NCBI GenBank assembly: GCA_019057865.1
Contig: JAHLWP010000005.1
Location: forward strand, 1 to 64,000
Direction: 5' to 3'
Source of the DNA: Promethearchaeota archaeon
GTDB lineage: Archaea; Asgardarchaeota; Lokiarchaeia; Sigyniarchaeales; SOKP01
DNA length: 64,000 bases
This document shows, piece by piece, positions 18,990-28,214 of the stretch. Position numbers and translations under genes: made by a program. Below the pieces are notes generated by a model that saw nothing but the letters and a program-made list of their open reading frames with translations, ran no database searches and had not been told where the DNA came from. Numbering within the stretch: the first letter of the stretch is position 1; each line of letters opens with the position of its first letter.

Positions 18990-19082
18990 ATGAAGCGAGA
19001 AAATCTTACCATAATCATTATTATTATAGCTCTCTTTGTATCTATCTCCTTATTTATTAATGCTACTTTATTTAGTACGTGA
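18990..19082 (+). other. 30-codon hydrophobic ORF (signal-peptide remnant or small membrane peptide)
   Basis: It translates as MKRENLTIIIIIIALFVSISLFINATLFST* and is preceded by GTGA at Shine-Dalgarno-like spacing. Confidence 0.35.
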
Positions 19083-19206
19083 TAAACTTAAAATGAAAAA
19101 TAATTAATTTAAAAAATGAATGATTCTTGTAAAAAATGCTAGTTGCAAGAGGACAACCCTGTGCAGGTTTTATAATAAAATTGTAAGTACTTAAGATGAT
19201 ATAAAT

Positions 19207-19515
19207 ATGAATGATTCATTTTCCGAGAGAATAAAACAACTAATTAAACAAATTCCAAGTGGAAAGGTTGCAACATATGGTCAAATTGCTGCTTATGCGG
19301 GAAATCCACGTGCTGCACGACAAGTAGCATGGATATTGCATTCTTGTTCGAGGAAAGATAATTTACCATGGCATAGAGTTATTAATAGTAAGGGAAGGAT
19401 TTCATTGCCTTATGATGGTGGTTATGAAGTACAGAAAAAGTTATTAGAGTTAGAGGGGATTGTTTTTAATGAAGATGATTTCATTGATCTTAATATTTAT
19501 ATCTGGCATTTATAG
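19207..19515 (+). CDS. Alkyltransferase-like protein (ATL, MGMT family DNA-binding domain)
   Basis: IPSGKVATYGQIA and AARQV, with PWHRV in place of the catalytic PCHRV. Confidence 0.9.
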   Translation: MNDSFSERIKQLIKQIPSGKVATYGQIAAYAGNPRAARQVAWILHSCSRKDNLPWHRVINSKGRISLPYDGGYEVQKKLLELEGIVFNEDDFIDLNIYIWHL

Positions 19516-19547
19516 ATGAAAATTAAAAGTAAAATTTCTAATAAAAT

Positions 19548-20024
19548 TTGAAAAAAATTGTGAGAAAAGATATAGAAATGAAATATAATGATATATTAGA
19601 TATCCTTGCTCCATGTGGGCTTAATTGTCGTAAGTGTTTCGCAAATTCTAATGGAGATATAAGGAAAAGTAGTATAAAATTACAAGAACTTCTAGGATCT
19701 TTTGATAGATATGCCGAGAGATTCTCAACATTTCTTCCGGTATTTAATAATTATCCTCCATTCAAAGAATTACTTATATATTTAACAGAAGAGAATTGTA
19801 ATGGATGTAGAAAAGGATCTTGTTTATATCCTGATTGTGGAGTAAGAGATTGTTATAAAAGTAAAGGAGTTGATTTTTACTTTCAATGTGATGAATTTCC
19901 TTGTGAAAAAACTAATTTTGATTCTGATCTTAAGGGAAGGTGGATTCAAATGAATAATCAGGTAAAAGAAATAGGAATTAAATCATTCTATCAGAAGACT
20001 AAAGATTTACCAAGGTATAGGTAA
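19548..20024 (+). CDS. DUF3795 family Cys-rich protein
   Basis: APCGLNC..C, C.GCR, C.VRDC...KG and QCDEFPC. The likely start is the ATG at 19578. Confidence 0.8.
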   Translation: MKKIVRKDIEMKYNDILDILAPCGLNCRKCFANSNGDIRKSSIKLQELLGSFDRYAERFSTFLPVFNNYPPFKELLIYLTEENCNGCRKGSCLYPDCGVRDCYKSKGVDFYFQCDEFPCEKTNFDSDLKGRWIQMNNQVKEIGIKSFYQKTKDLPRYR

Positions 20025-20042
20025 GATATTTCATAGAAATAA

Positions 20043-20510
20043 TTAAGTCAAAGATAAAATAAATTTTCTAATTTTGTTACTATACAATCCTTCTTTAATT
20101 TCTTTTTTATTAATTTCCAGAGTTGATATTGCTTGTTTATCACATAATTTTGCCATGCTTTCAAAGGCTTTATGACTTCCTTTCCCACCCTTAGTACAGA
20201 AAAAGGCAACATTCTTAATTATACTTCTATACTCAGTAATATATGTTCTTATTGGCGTACTCATTCTTTTATTCCATATAGGCGTTCCCATTATAATTAA
20301 ATCATATAATTCAGGATTTTTTTCAATCTCTTTAATTATTGTTAATTTCTTTCTTGTAGCATCTGCACCAGCTCTAAGAAATCCTATAAATCCTGATCGC
20401 TTTTTAGTATCAAATATTTCTTCATACTCGCAATTTAGCTCTCTTGAAATTAATTCACCAATCTTCTTTGTATTACCGGTTCTTGAGTAAAAAACTACCA
20501 AAACACCCAT
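20043..20510 (-). CDS. Flavodoxin
   Basis: FYSRTGNT, YDLIIMGTPIW and VAFFCT.GG. Confidence 0.88.
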   Translation of the reverse strand: MGVLVVFYSRTGNTKKIGELISRELNCEYEEIFDTKKRSGFIGFLRAGADATRKKLTIIKEIEKNPELYDLIIMGTPIWNKRMSTPIRTYITEYRSIIKNVAFFCTKGGKGSHKAFESMAKLCDKQAISTLEINKKEIKEGLYSNKIRKFILSLT

Positions 20511-20684
20511 AATAAGTTATTTAACAAAAAAAAACTATTAAAACTTTAGATTTCTAATTTTAATAATAGAAATGAATTTTTCAGTAAATTTAAAAGAGTA
20601 ATATTGAATAATTTAATATAAACCATTAATTCAAATTCTCATAAGAATATATTTTAAAGTTAAATAAAGTTCCTTATCCCGATT

Positions 20685-21530
20685 ATGATCATTTGGATAT
20701 TAGATTCTGAATCTGGAACAAAATTGTTATATAAATCCTTTTTGAAAACTACTGCAGATGAAGATATTGTTTCTGGATTTTTAACAGCGTTTCATCATTT
20801 TTCTATGGTTGAATTTAAGCAATCATTAGAATCTATAGAGATGGGTGGATTAAGATGGAGTTATATATTAGAGCCAGAGTATCAATTACTTTTTGTCGCA
20901 GCAGACCACAAAAATGTAAGAACTGAAATGTTAATAGGGAGATTGAATGTTATAAAAGAAGCATTCATAAAAGAGTTTAAATCCGCATGGGAAAAAAAAG
21001 GGCATACTTGGAATGGAAATATTAATATTTTTTTACCTTTTATTGATGTAATTGAGGATTATTATAATCAATGGGAAGAGGTTGAAACTTTAACACATGT
21101 TGCAGATTTTTTTGATATCTTGGGTGTTTTCCAGCATATATTAATTTCAATTAGAAATATTATAGATCATAAAATGTATAGTAAGTCCAAAACTGAAATT
21201 TTAAATCTCATCGATAATTCGTATAGTACTATTAAAAACCAAGCAATATTCAAAAACCATCCAGAATTGAAAAATATTTCCTATTCTAAAGAGTCTTGGT
21301 TTAATATTGTTGATATAGACCTTATTAAGGGTGAAAAAAAATTAGTTCTTAAGTATTTAAAATCAATTCTTAGCCAAATTATAAATATTTTAAAGGAAGT
21401 AAAAGGAGAGAATTTATGTTTGAGATATTTTAGCGAAGAACATGTTTATGCTTATATTTATAATAATATGAAATTATTAAAAGATTTAAAATTAGATATG
21501 TTTTTCTTAGAACTCTTTTTGTTATTATAA
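20685..21530 (+). CDS. N-terminal longin-like domain protein
   Basis: MIIWILDSESGTKLLY...DEDIVSGFLTAFHHFS...LESIEMGG...LLFVAA...RLNVIKEAFIKEF is the Asgard longin-like pattern. The helical C-terminal half is unrecognised. Confidence 0.65.
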   Translation: MIIWILDSESGTKLLYKSFLKTTADEDIVSGFLTAFHHFSMVEFKQSLESIEMGGLRWSYILEPEYQLLFVAADHKNVRTEMLIGRLNVIKEAFIKEFKSAWEKKGHTWNGNINIFLPFIDVIEDYYNQWEEVETLTHVADFFDILGVFQHILISIRNIIDHKMYSKSKTEILNLIDNSYSTIKNQAIFKNHPELKNISYSKESWFNIVDIDLIKGEKKLVLKYLKSILSQIINILKEVKGENLCLRYFSEEHVYAYIYNNMKLLKDLKLDMFFLELFLLL

Positions 21531-21637
21531 AACAATACTGGATACACTTCCATTTAAGACAATTATTGGTCTATATAAGGGTTAAATAAAAAGGATAAAA
21601 ATCAAAATGATAAAACTTTAAGGAATGATATGTTAAA

Positions 21638-22135
21638 ATGAATGGAGGAAGACATAAGGGTCATGAGAGAGAAATACCACGCGCACACATATATCATGCA
21701 ATATTGCCAATAGTATTTTTTCTGATTTGGTTTCTAGATTCAACAATTTTTCTAATTTCAACGTTCCTAAACGATTTTGTACCATTTTTAATTCGCTTAA
21801 TACTATTTATTGTAGTTATTGTCATAGCAATTATTTTCATATTATTATCTCATCGTGCTTTATTTAAATCACATCAACCACCTAATACTTTGATTACTAA
21901 TGGGATTCTTGGATATGTGAGAAATCCAATGTATTTTGGTATTTTATTGATTTATATAGCATTTATCTTTTTATCAATTTCATTAATTAGTATTGGCTCC
22001 TTCATAGTAGTTTTTTTAGTTTATAACTGGATGGCAAATTTCGAAGAAAGTATTCTTGAAAATATGTTTGGCAAACAATATCTAGAATATAAAGAGAAAG
22101 TACCAAAATGGTTTCCAAATCCATTTAAAAAGTAA
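21638..22135 (+). CDS. Isoprenylcysteine carboxyl methyltransferase/PEMT family membrane protein
   Basis: LITNG..GYVRNPMYFG and EE..L...FG.QY.EY.EKVP.W.P. Confidence 0.88.
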   Translation: MNGGRHKGHEREIPRAHIYHAILPIVFFLIWFLDSTIFLISTFLNDFVPFLIRLILFIVVIVIAIIFILLSHRALFKSHQPPNTLITNGILGYVRNPMYFGILLIYIAFIFLSISLISIGSFIVVFLVYNWMANFEESILENMFGKQYLEYKEKVPKWFPNPFKK

Positions 22136-22263
22136 AAGAGCATGATCCATAAGTATATAAATTTTTAATGTTTAAGCAAAATTTTATTACAAAAGAATAC
22201 ATACATATCTTAATTGTTGCATTTTTAGCAAATGTGTGTACACAATTGTTTTAGGTTTTATCA

Positions 22264-22518
22264 ATGGCAAAAGGAACAGTAAAATGGTTTAATAGTAAGA
22301 AAGGCTATGGCTTTATTACTCCCGATGATGGTTCGAGTGATTTATTTGTTCACTATTCCACTATTCAAGCCGAAAGTGGTGATTTTAAAATAATCTATGA
22401 AGGGGATATTGTAGAATTTGAAGTCACTCAGGGTCAAAAGGGACCGCAAGCCAGCAATGTCGTAGTTACTGAAAAAGGACCTCGGCAGAGTTTTCATAGC
22501 CGGAAATCTTTTTATTAA
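22264..22518 (+). CDS. cspA: Cold-shock domain protein
   Basis: GTVKWFN..KGYGFI, LFVHYS.I and G.KGPQA.NV (RNP1/RNP2 motifs). Confidence 0.95.
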   Translation: MAKGTVKWFNSKKGYGFITPDDGSSDLFVHYSTIQAESGDFKIIYEGDIVEFEVTQGQKGPQASNVVVTEKGPRQSFHSRKSFY

Positions 22519-22685
22519 TAAAATAGTTTATTAATTAAGAAAGAGAATAGGTAATAAAAATAAGGAATTTTGGAAGATAGTAAATATGGTATAAGAGATT
22601 TGTTAATTTCTTTTTAGTATTTCTTTACATCTGACAGGTTCCCTTTTTTTTTTAATTTTAATTTTTTTAAAGCTCTAAATTGAAT

Positions 22686-23150
22686 TTAAAGTTTTAACTC
22701 AAAAAATTTAGCACCATCATAAGGATTATAACAATAAGGATCGATTTCTTTAAATCCTAAAGAAAGATATAAAGTTATTGCTTCTTTCATAAATGGAAGT
22801 GTGTCTAAACGCATATGTGTATATCCCAATTTCCGAGCTGTATTAAGTATTTGTTTTGCTAACGCTTTTCCTATACCTTTTCCTCGATATCCTGATCGAA
22901 CATAGAGTCTTTTCATCTCACACATGCCTTCATCAAACTTTCTTAGAGCTACACATCCTGCTAATTTATTTTTATAAAATGCTAAGAGAAGACATCCCTC
23001 TGGTAATGAATAATCACCAGGTAAGGATTCAAGTTCCTCATTAAAATTTTGAAACTCTAAATCAATGTTTAAGTAGTTAGCATATTCTTTAAATAGCTCG
23101 AACGCTTGTTCTATTCGTTCTTTAGATGTTACCTGTTTAATCTCTAGCAT
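22686..23150 (-). CDS. GNAT family N-acetyltransferase
   Basis: CEMKRLYVR..YRGKGIG and MRLDTL..M.EAI.LY.SLGF. Confidence 0.92.
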   Translation of the reverse strand: MLEIKQVTSKERIEQAFELFKEYANYLNIDLEFQNFNEELESLPGDYSLPEGCLLLAFYKNKLAGCVALRKFDEGMCEMKRLYVRSGYRGKGIGKALAKQILNTARKLGYTHMRLDTLPFMKEAITLYLSLGFKEIDPYCYNPYDGAKFFELKL

Positions 23151-23274
23151 GAACTTCCAAGAAGAACATTTCTGTATAGTTTAAAAATAATTTGAATTTT
23201 AATCAAAGAATTTATATAAGATTTAAAAGTATTTTTCTTAAATTAAATATAAACAATAGAGGTAGAAATAAAAA

Positions 23275-23727
23275 ATGGTAAAAGTAAAATATGGAACTCA
23301 AGAGTTTGCGGATGCCTATCGTGATGCCCTCAATAAAAATGAGAATTATAGAGACGCTGCTGCCGATTGGGAAGGGGATTTTGTCTGGGTAGCTACTCCT
23401 AGCGGAAATTTAGACCATGAACAGAGAATGTGGATTGGGCTGTATCATGGAGAATGTACAGGTTGTAAGAAATTAAATCCTGAAGATAAAATAAAACTTT
23501 TACAACCAGGAGAAAAACCGAGTGGAGAAGGCTATGAAGTTGAATATATATACACTACTGATTATGGAACATGGAAAAAAATCACTATAGGTGAAGCAGA
23601 TTCTATTAGAATGATGTTAAGTGGAAAAGCAAGACTCGAAGGAGATATGGCTAAAGTAATGAAATATACTAGAGCAGCTGCTGAACTAACAGTTTCTGCT
23701 CAACAACTTGATATAGAATGGCTCTAA
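23275..23727 (+). CDS. SCP2 sterol/lipid-binding domain protein
   Basis: LN.NE.Y..AAA.WEGDF, L.HGEC and Y.TW.KI..G..D....M.SGK..LEGDM..VMKY..AA. Confidence 0.8.
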   Translation: MVKVKYGTQEFADAYRDALNKNENYRDAAADWEGDFVWVATPSGNLDHEQRMWIGLYHGECTGCKKLNPEDKIKLLQPGEKPSGEGYEVEYIYTTDYGTWKKITIGEADSIRMMLSGKARLEGDMAKVMKYTRAAAELTVSAQQLDIEWL

Positions 23728-23759
23728 ATAAATCTAACATTCAAAGAAATATTCCATTT

Positions 23760-25031
23760 TTAGCGCCATTCAGTACCACACTGACCACAGTGGTATTTCT
23801 TACCATAGACTCTTGGATACGCTAAAATAATATGTGTTTTATCAGACATTTCCCGGATGAGTGCTTTATTAGCATTTCCACATTTTGGACATCTGCGCCT
23901 TCCCTCAGAACTTCCTTCTAAAACTGGTTGTTCTTCTTTTTCTAATTCAGGAGAAAGGATTGATTTCAACTCATCGAACGTAGTATGAGAAGAAACAACT
24001 TCTTCTGCCTCAACCTTCAAGATATCGGTATCTAGTGTAATCTTTTCTTCCATTTCCAACGAAGGTTCCGTTAATTGTTCAGTCTCAACTTTTAAAGGTT
24101 TTTGAGTAGGGATCTCAATTTCTTCTTGAGATAGAGGAATTGATATAGCTTCTTTCAAGACTTTTTCATCTTTTTCTTTAAGCCTTATATTTTCATCCTC
24201 AAGAGCGACTACTTGTTCTTGCAAAATAGCGATTTCTTCTTCTAATTGAGCAGTATCGGGTTTTTCAATCTTTAAAAAATCAATATTATTCCTTAACAAA
24301 TTGTTTTCATTCACTAATTCAAAGATTTTCTCATTTTTTTTAAGAATTACATTTTCTAATCTATTAACTTCTTCCATTAAGTTTGCGATAGTATTACGAG
24401 TGCTCTCTAAAAACTCAATATCAGGCGTTTTTTTTTCTGCTTTCATACTATTATCTTTGAGTATCTGATTTTCATTTTCTAATTCTACAATTTTTGCTTC
24501 TAAATCTATAATTTCTTCCTCTAAATACGCAATCGTTGACAGCTCAGTTTTTAAATCTTTGAGATTATTTTTTAACAATCTATTTTCATCTTCTAATTCA
24601 GAAATTTGATTTTTCAATGGTTCAAAGTCCTTTTCTAATCTATCATAATCTTTAGATAAGTTTTCGATTTTTGTAGTATACTCTTTTAAAATCATGGGAT
24701 CAATTGCTTCATCAACATTTTCTTTTTGTTTCGATAATTCGAGATTTATATCATCAAATTTTTTTTGTAAAATTTCACTTTCATAATCTTTCTGAGCTAG
24801 TTCTTTTCGTTGTGAAGAAACCATATTTTTTAAAATTGTAATTTCTTCCGATTCATTTATACTATCGGCGGTAACTTTATCACTTAATTCGGTTCGTGAA
24901 TTCTGTTCTTCTAATTGAGCATTCAATCTATTAATCTCATTATTCAATTTTTCTATTATTTTTTCCAATTCTGCTCTGTTACTTTCTTCTTCTTCAGCTT
25001 TATCAATTAAATCTTTTAAATTTTCGCTCAT
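23760..25031 (-). CDS. Long acidic coiled-coil protein with a C-terminal zinc ribbon
   Basis: About 290 aa of E/K/L heptads and a low-complexity linker, then RRRCPKCGN...YGKKYHCGQCGTEWR. Confidence 0.75.
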   Translation of the reverse strand: MSENLKDLIDKAEEEESNRAELEKIIEKLNNEINRLNAQLEEQNSRTELSDKVTADSINESEEITILKNMVSSQRKELAQKDYESEILQKKFDDINLELSKQKENVDEAIDPMILKEYTTKIENLSKDYDRLEKDFEPLKNQISELEDENRLLKNNLKDLKTELSTIAYLEEEIIDLEAKIVELENENQILKDNSMKAEKKTPDIEFLESTRNTIANLMEEVNRLENVILKKNEKIFELVNENNLLRNNIDFLKIEKPDTAQLEEEIAILQEQVVALEDENIRLKEKDEKVLKEAISIPLSQEEIEIPTQKPLKVETEQLTEPSLEMEEKITLDTDILKVEAEEVVSSHTTFDELKSILSPELEKEEQPVLEGSSEGRRRCPKCGNANKALIREMSDKTHIILAYPRVYGKKYHCGQCGTEWR

Positions 25032-25280
25032 TGTATTAAAATTTCTATAATTTTATTTAAAAATTTCCAATTTTCTAGAATGATAATAAAATTCTAATTA
25101 AAAAATTTAAGGGGACTAGATTAAGAATAAAATAATATGAGTATTGCAGAAATTTAAAAAAATAATTGATTAAATGTCTTATAAATTATATATTAAAGCT
25201 TTAAAAATGTTTAAATATTTACACCTCTTACTTTAAAAATCTTACAATAATAATAAAAAAATTAATGAAAGGTAATTAAA

Positions 25281-25859
25281 ATGGAAGATGTAAGTGCTGA
25301 AGTTTTCTGGAAAAATAAAATTAAAAAATATTGGAAAATATTCGTCATTTGTATAATCGCAGTAATTGTATGTGCTATAGGAGCACTTCTAGTTCTTGTT
25401 TGGTTTATAGAAACCTCTACTCTTGGGGGGCAAGGTGAATGGACTTTTAACGATTGGACATTGAATTATGTTGTTGGCTTTTACATTTTGATAATTCTAT
25501 GGGAGCTATTGTTTATAGGAGTTCCAGCAGCTCTATTTTTTGGTGTAGGAGCATATCTGTGTTGGAAGAGATTACCCGATGAAGAGAAACAAGAATTCAA
25601 AGAAAGAGAAAAGAAGGAAAAGAAAAAATATAAACAGGGTGGCAGTGGTGGAGGCTTTTCCTTTTTTATATTTATAGCATATTGTATCGTTATTGCAATT
25701 GATGGAAACTATAATACCCAATTTGGGCAATTAGATTACAGTTATTTCGTTTATGCTTGGTTTTTTACTATTATGTGGCTTTTGATAATTTTTGGCGTTC
25801 CTGTGGCTATTATACTGTTGATTGTTTATTTTAAAGTATGGAGAAAAAAATCAGAATAA
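25281..25859 (+). CDS. Four-TM membrane protein, function unknown
   Basis: Two TM hairpins separated by a charged, Gly-rich loop (EEKQEFKEREKKEKKK...GGSGGG). Confidence 0.7.
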   Translation: MEDVSAEVFWKNKIKKYWKIFVICIIAVIVCAIGALLVLVWFIETSTLGGQGEWTFNDWTLNYVVGFYILIILWELLFIGVPAALFFGVGAYLCWKRLPDEEKQEFKEREKKEKKKYKQGGSGGGFSFFIFIAYCIVIAIDGNYNTQFGQLDYSYFVYAWFFTIMWLLIIFGVPVAIILLIVYFKVWRKKSE

Positions 25860-25937
25860 AATTTTTTTTATTATAATTTTTTTTTTATATTCTTTTTTTG
25901 TATAGAACCTCTTATAGTCAAGAATAAAAGATGTTAA

Positions 25938-28214
25938 TTATAATTTAGGTTGAAAAACTTTTTTCTTTATCAAATTAAGGATTATTTCGGCCTCTTTTGC
26001 ATCAAAATCCTTTCTTATTGATAAGAGACTAGTTACAGTAAAATAATCCTTGTTCTTCTTTTTCATAATCGCTTTAGCTCGATTTACCATAGATTTTTCA
26101 TAAGACTTAAGTTTTATATCTAGTTTAATTATTTCTAATGGATATATCAAGGCTGTTTGTAAATGTTGTTCAAGTAATTCACCAATACCTTTAAATGGTA
26201 TTAAATTTCCATTAAAACTTTCAATAATATTACCATATCTTTTATCAATATCATAAGATAAAGCTTTAATAGATTCTAAGAAGTCCTGTGAAGGATGTTC
26301 TTTCATAATGAGCAAAATTCTAAAACTCTTAAATTCTGACATTAAGATTTTTGAATCTTGATATTCCAATTTTATTGTCTGAGATTGTTCACCAGCTCCA
26401 GTTAATTCAATACCAAAGCTACGAATTGCTTCAAGAAATCCTGCGACTAATGAAGCATCAATGGATTTGCCAGCTAAAATTTGTTCGTATAAATTTAAAC
26501 CAGACTTCTTATGTGTGATAATAAAATAATCTAAATTTAAAACATCCATATATTTATTAAATATGCTCTGTCTGTATGCCTCATGTTTTCTCTTAGTATT
26601 TTTAACAAGTTTATATGTGGTAAAACTAGCAATTGACAAAACAGCTACAACAGATACTATTATAATAATTAACATTGGATCTAAAACAAATGGAACACTA
26701 ATTTTAAATTCTTGGGTAATTACTCCTGCATCTGTAGCATTATTCCAGAAAATGTAAGCCTTATAAGTTCCCTCATGGGGATTAGATGGAAGTTGATAAG
26801 TAAGTAAGAGTTCCTCCGTTTCGATTGTTTCTATAACATAAGTTATATCTGGTTGAGCTGGATAATCTAGTGGATTAATTAGCCTAAAAGTAATATTTCC
26901 TGGAGGAATTGGAGGCAGAATTGAAAATTGTATTTCTTGACCCGCGCTAAATTTTGTCTTTCGTACATCTAAGGAAGGTTCAATATTTGGAGAATTTGCT
27001 GTGATTTCCCAATCTGTATCCTCTATTATTGTATTATTTGGAAGAAATATAAAATGATTTATTGGATCTTTTATAATATCTGCTGTAATATTCTCCCAAC
27101 CAAACCCTATATCTCTGTATATAGTTAAATTATACCAACTGTTTGGATATATAAATTTAATCGAATAATTAGAATAACATCTATCAAAATTTTGAGTCAT
27201 TATCCAAATATTAGCCAAATTTTCTTTAATTGATATTTCCCATTCTGATTCAAAAATATTTTGAAGTTTGATATGATAACTTAAATTGAATAATAACTCA
27301 GGGACACGATTATTTTCTATTGGTATATTATATATTTCAGATAAAGGAGAAATATCTTTACTGATATTTAATTGACCAGTTCCAGGTTCTGTTCCATTTA
27401 AGATGGGATAATGAATACCATCAATAATTGCACTCATATTAATTTCCTCCGGTTCAAAAGATTTATTTACTCTTTGAATTAATTTATATAATAAAGGTTC
27501 TCCAGTAGCTTCCCAATTCCATTTTGCGCCATCATAGTTTGATGTATTAAGATTAGTATTAATAGAGTCACTATCATTGAAATACCAATTATAAGCTGTT
27601 TTTTCTATGGGAATATTCATTTCTGTTCCATTCATTACCAGATAATATTGGCCAATTAAAAGTGATATTGGGTTTTCGAAGGTTTGGATATACCAATCAA
27701 AACTATTAGTCATATTTATTGGTACTGTTCCATAAATACTATCATCTGGTATGTCTTCTGTGTCATTATACCCGTGTATTTGTATATATGCCGGAATTGA
27801 TGGATCGTCCCCGCTACGAACTCCATATATATATACTCCAAAAATTTCCGTCGGTACAGTAATATTAATTTGAACACCATAGCCTGGTTCTCCTTTATAA
27901 CCTACTGTTTTTGTTTCATCTCCCTCATATTCAATTGTTATAATTTCTTTTCCTAATTTTATATCCGTAAAATTAAACTCCATATTTGTAATGTTCCAAG
28001 TAGTTGATGGTAAAGGAATATCTATTGAACTAACATCTGTACTTGTATTTATATTATCTGAATATTCAATCATTTGTAGATTTGAATTGATTTCAAGGGA
28101 TTCACCATTATTTTGAGCATTAGCAAAATTAGTACTATATATTAGACTTACTAATATAAGTGTTATAAAAGCGATTCCTATCATTAAATTTCTTGGTTTA
28201 TATGCCTTTTCCAA
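25938..28214 (-). CDS. Receptor-like type I membrane protein with a cytoplasmic longin-like domain; paralog B
   Basis: Same architecture as paralog A, with TM LIIIIVSVVAVLSIASFTTY. The cytoplasmic part reads IITHKKSGLNLYEQ...LVAGFLEAIRSFGIEL...TIKLEY.DS.IL. Confidence 0.8.
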   Translation of the reverse strand: MEKAYKPRNLMIGIAFITLILVSLIYSTNFANAQNNGESLEINSNLQMIEYSDNINTSTDVSSIDIPLPSTTWNITNMEFNFTDIKLGKEIITIEYEGDETKTVGYKGEPGYGVQINITVPTEIFGVYIYGVRSGDDPSIPAYIQIHGYNDTEDIPDDSIYGTVPINMTNSFDWYIQTFENPISLLIGQYYLVMNGTEMNIPIEKTAYNWYFNDSDSINTNLNTSNYDGAKWNWEATGEPLLYKLIQRVNKSFEPEEINMSAIIDGIHYPILNGTEPGTGQLNISKDISPLSEIYNIPIENNRVPELLFNLSYHIKLQNIFESEWEISIKENLANIWIMTQNFDRCYSNYSIKFIYPNSWYNLTIYRDIGFGWENITADIIKDPINHFIFLPNNTIIEDTDWEITANSPNIEPSLDVRKTKFSAGQEIQFSILPPIPPGNITFRLINPLDYPAQPDITYVIETIETEELLLTYQLPSNPHEGTYKAYIFWNNATDAGVITQEFKISVPFVLDPMLIIIIVSVVAVLSIASFTTYKLVKNTKRKHEAYRQSIFNKYMDVLNLDYFIITHKKSGLNLYEQILAGKSIDASLVAGFLEAIRSFGIELTGAGEQSQTIKLEYQDSKILMSEFKSFRILLIMKEHPSQDFLESIKALSYDIDKRYGNIIESFNGNLIPFKGIGELLEQHLQTALIYPLEIIKLDIKLKSYEKSMVNRAKAIMKKKNKDYFTVTSLLSIRKDFDAKEAEIILNLIKKKVFQPKL

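Noticed and set aside
21638-22135. ICMT-family protein as evidence for eukaryote-like CAAX processing of the GTPases
   Set aside because: This family is widespread in prokaryotes, and neither GTPase-like protein here ends in a CAAX or CC motif.
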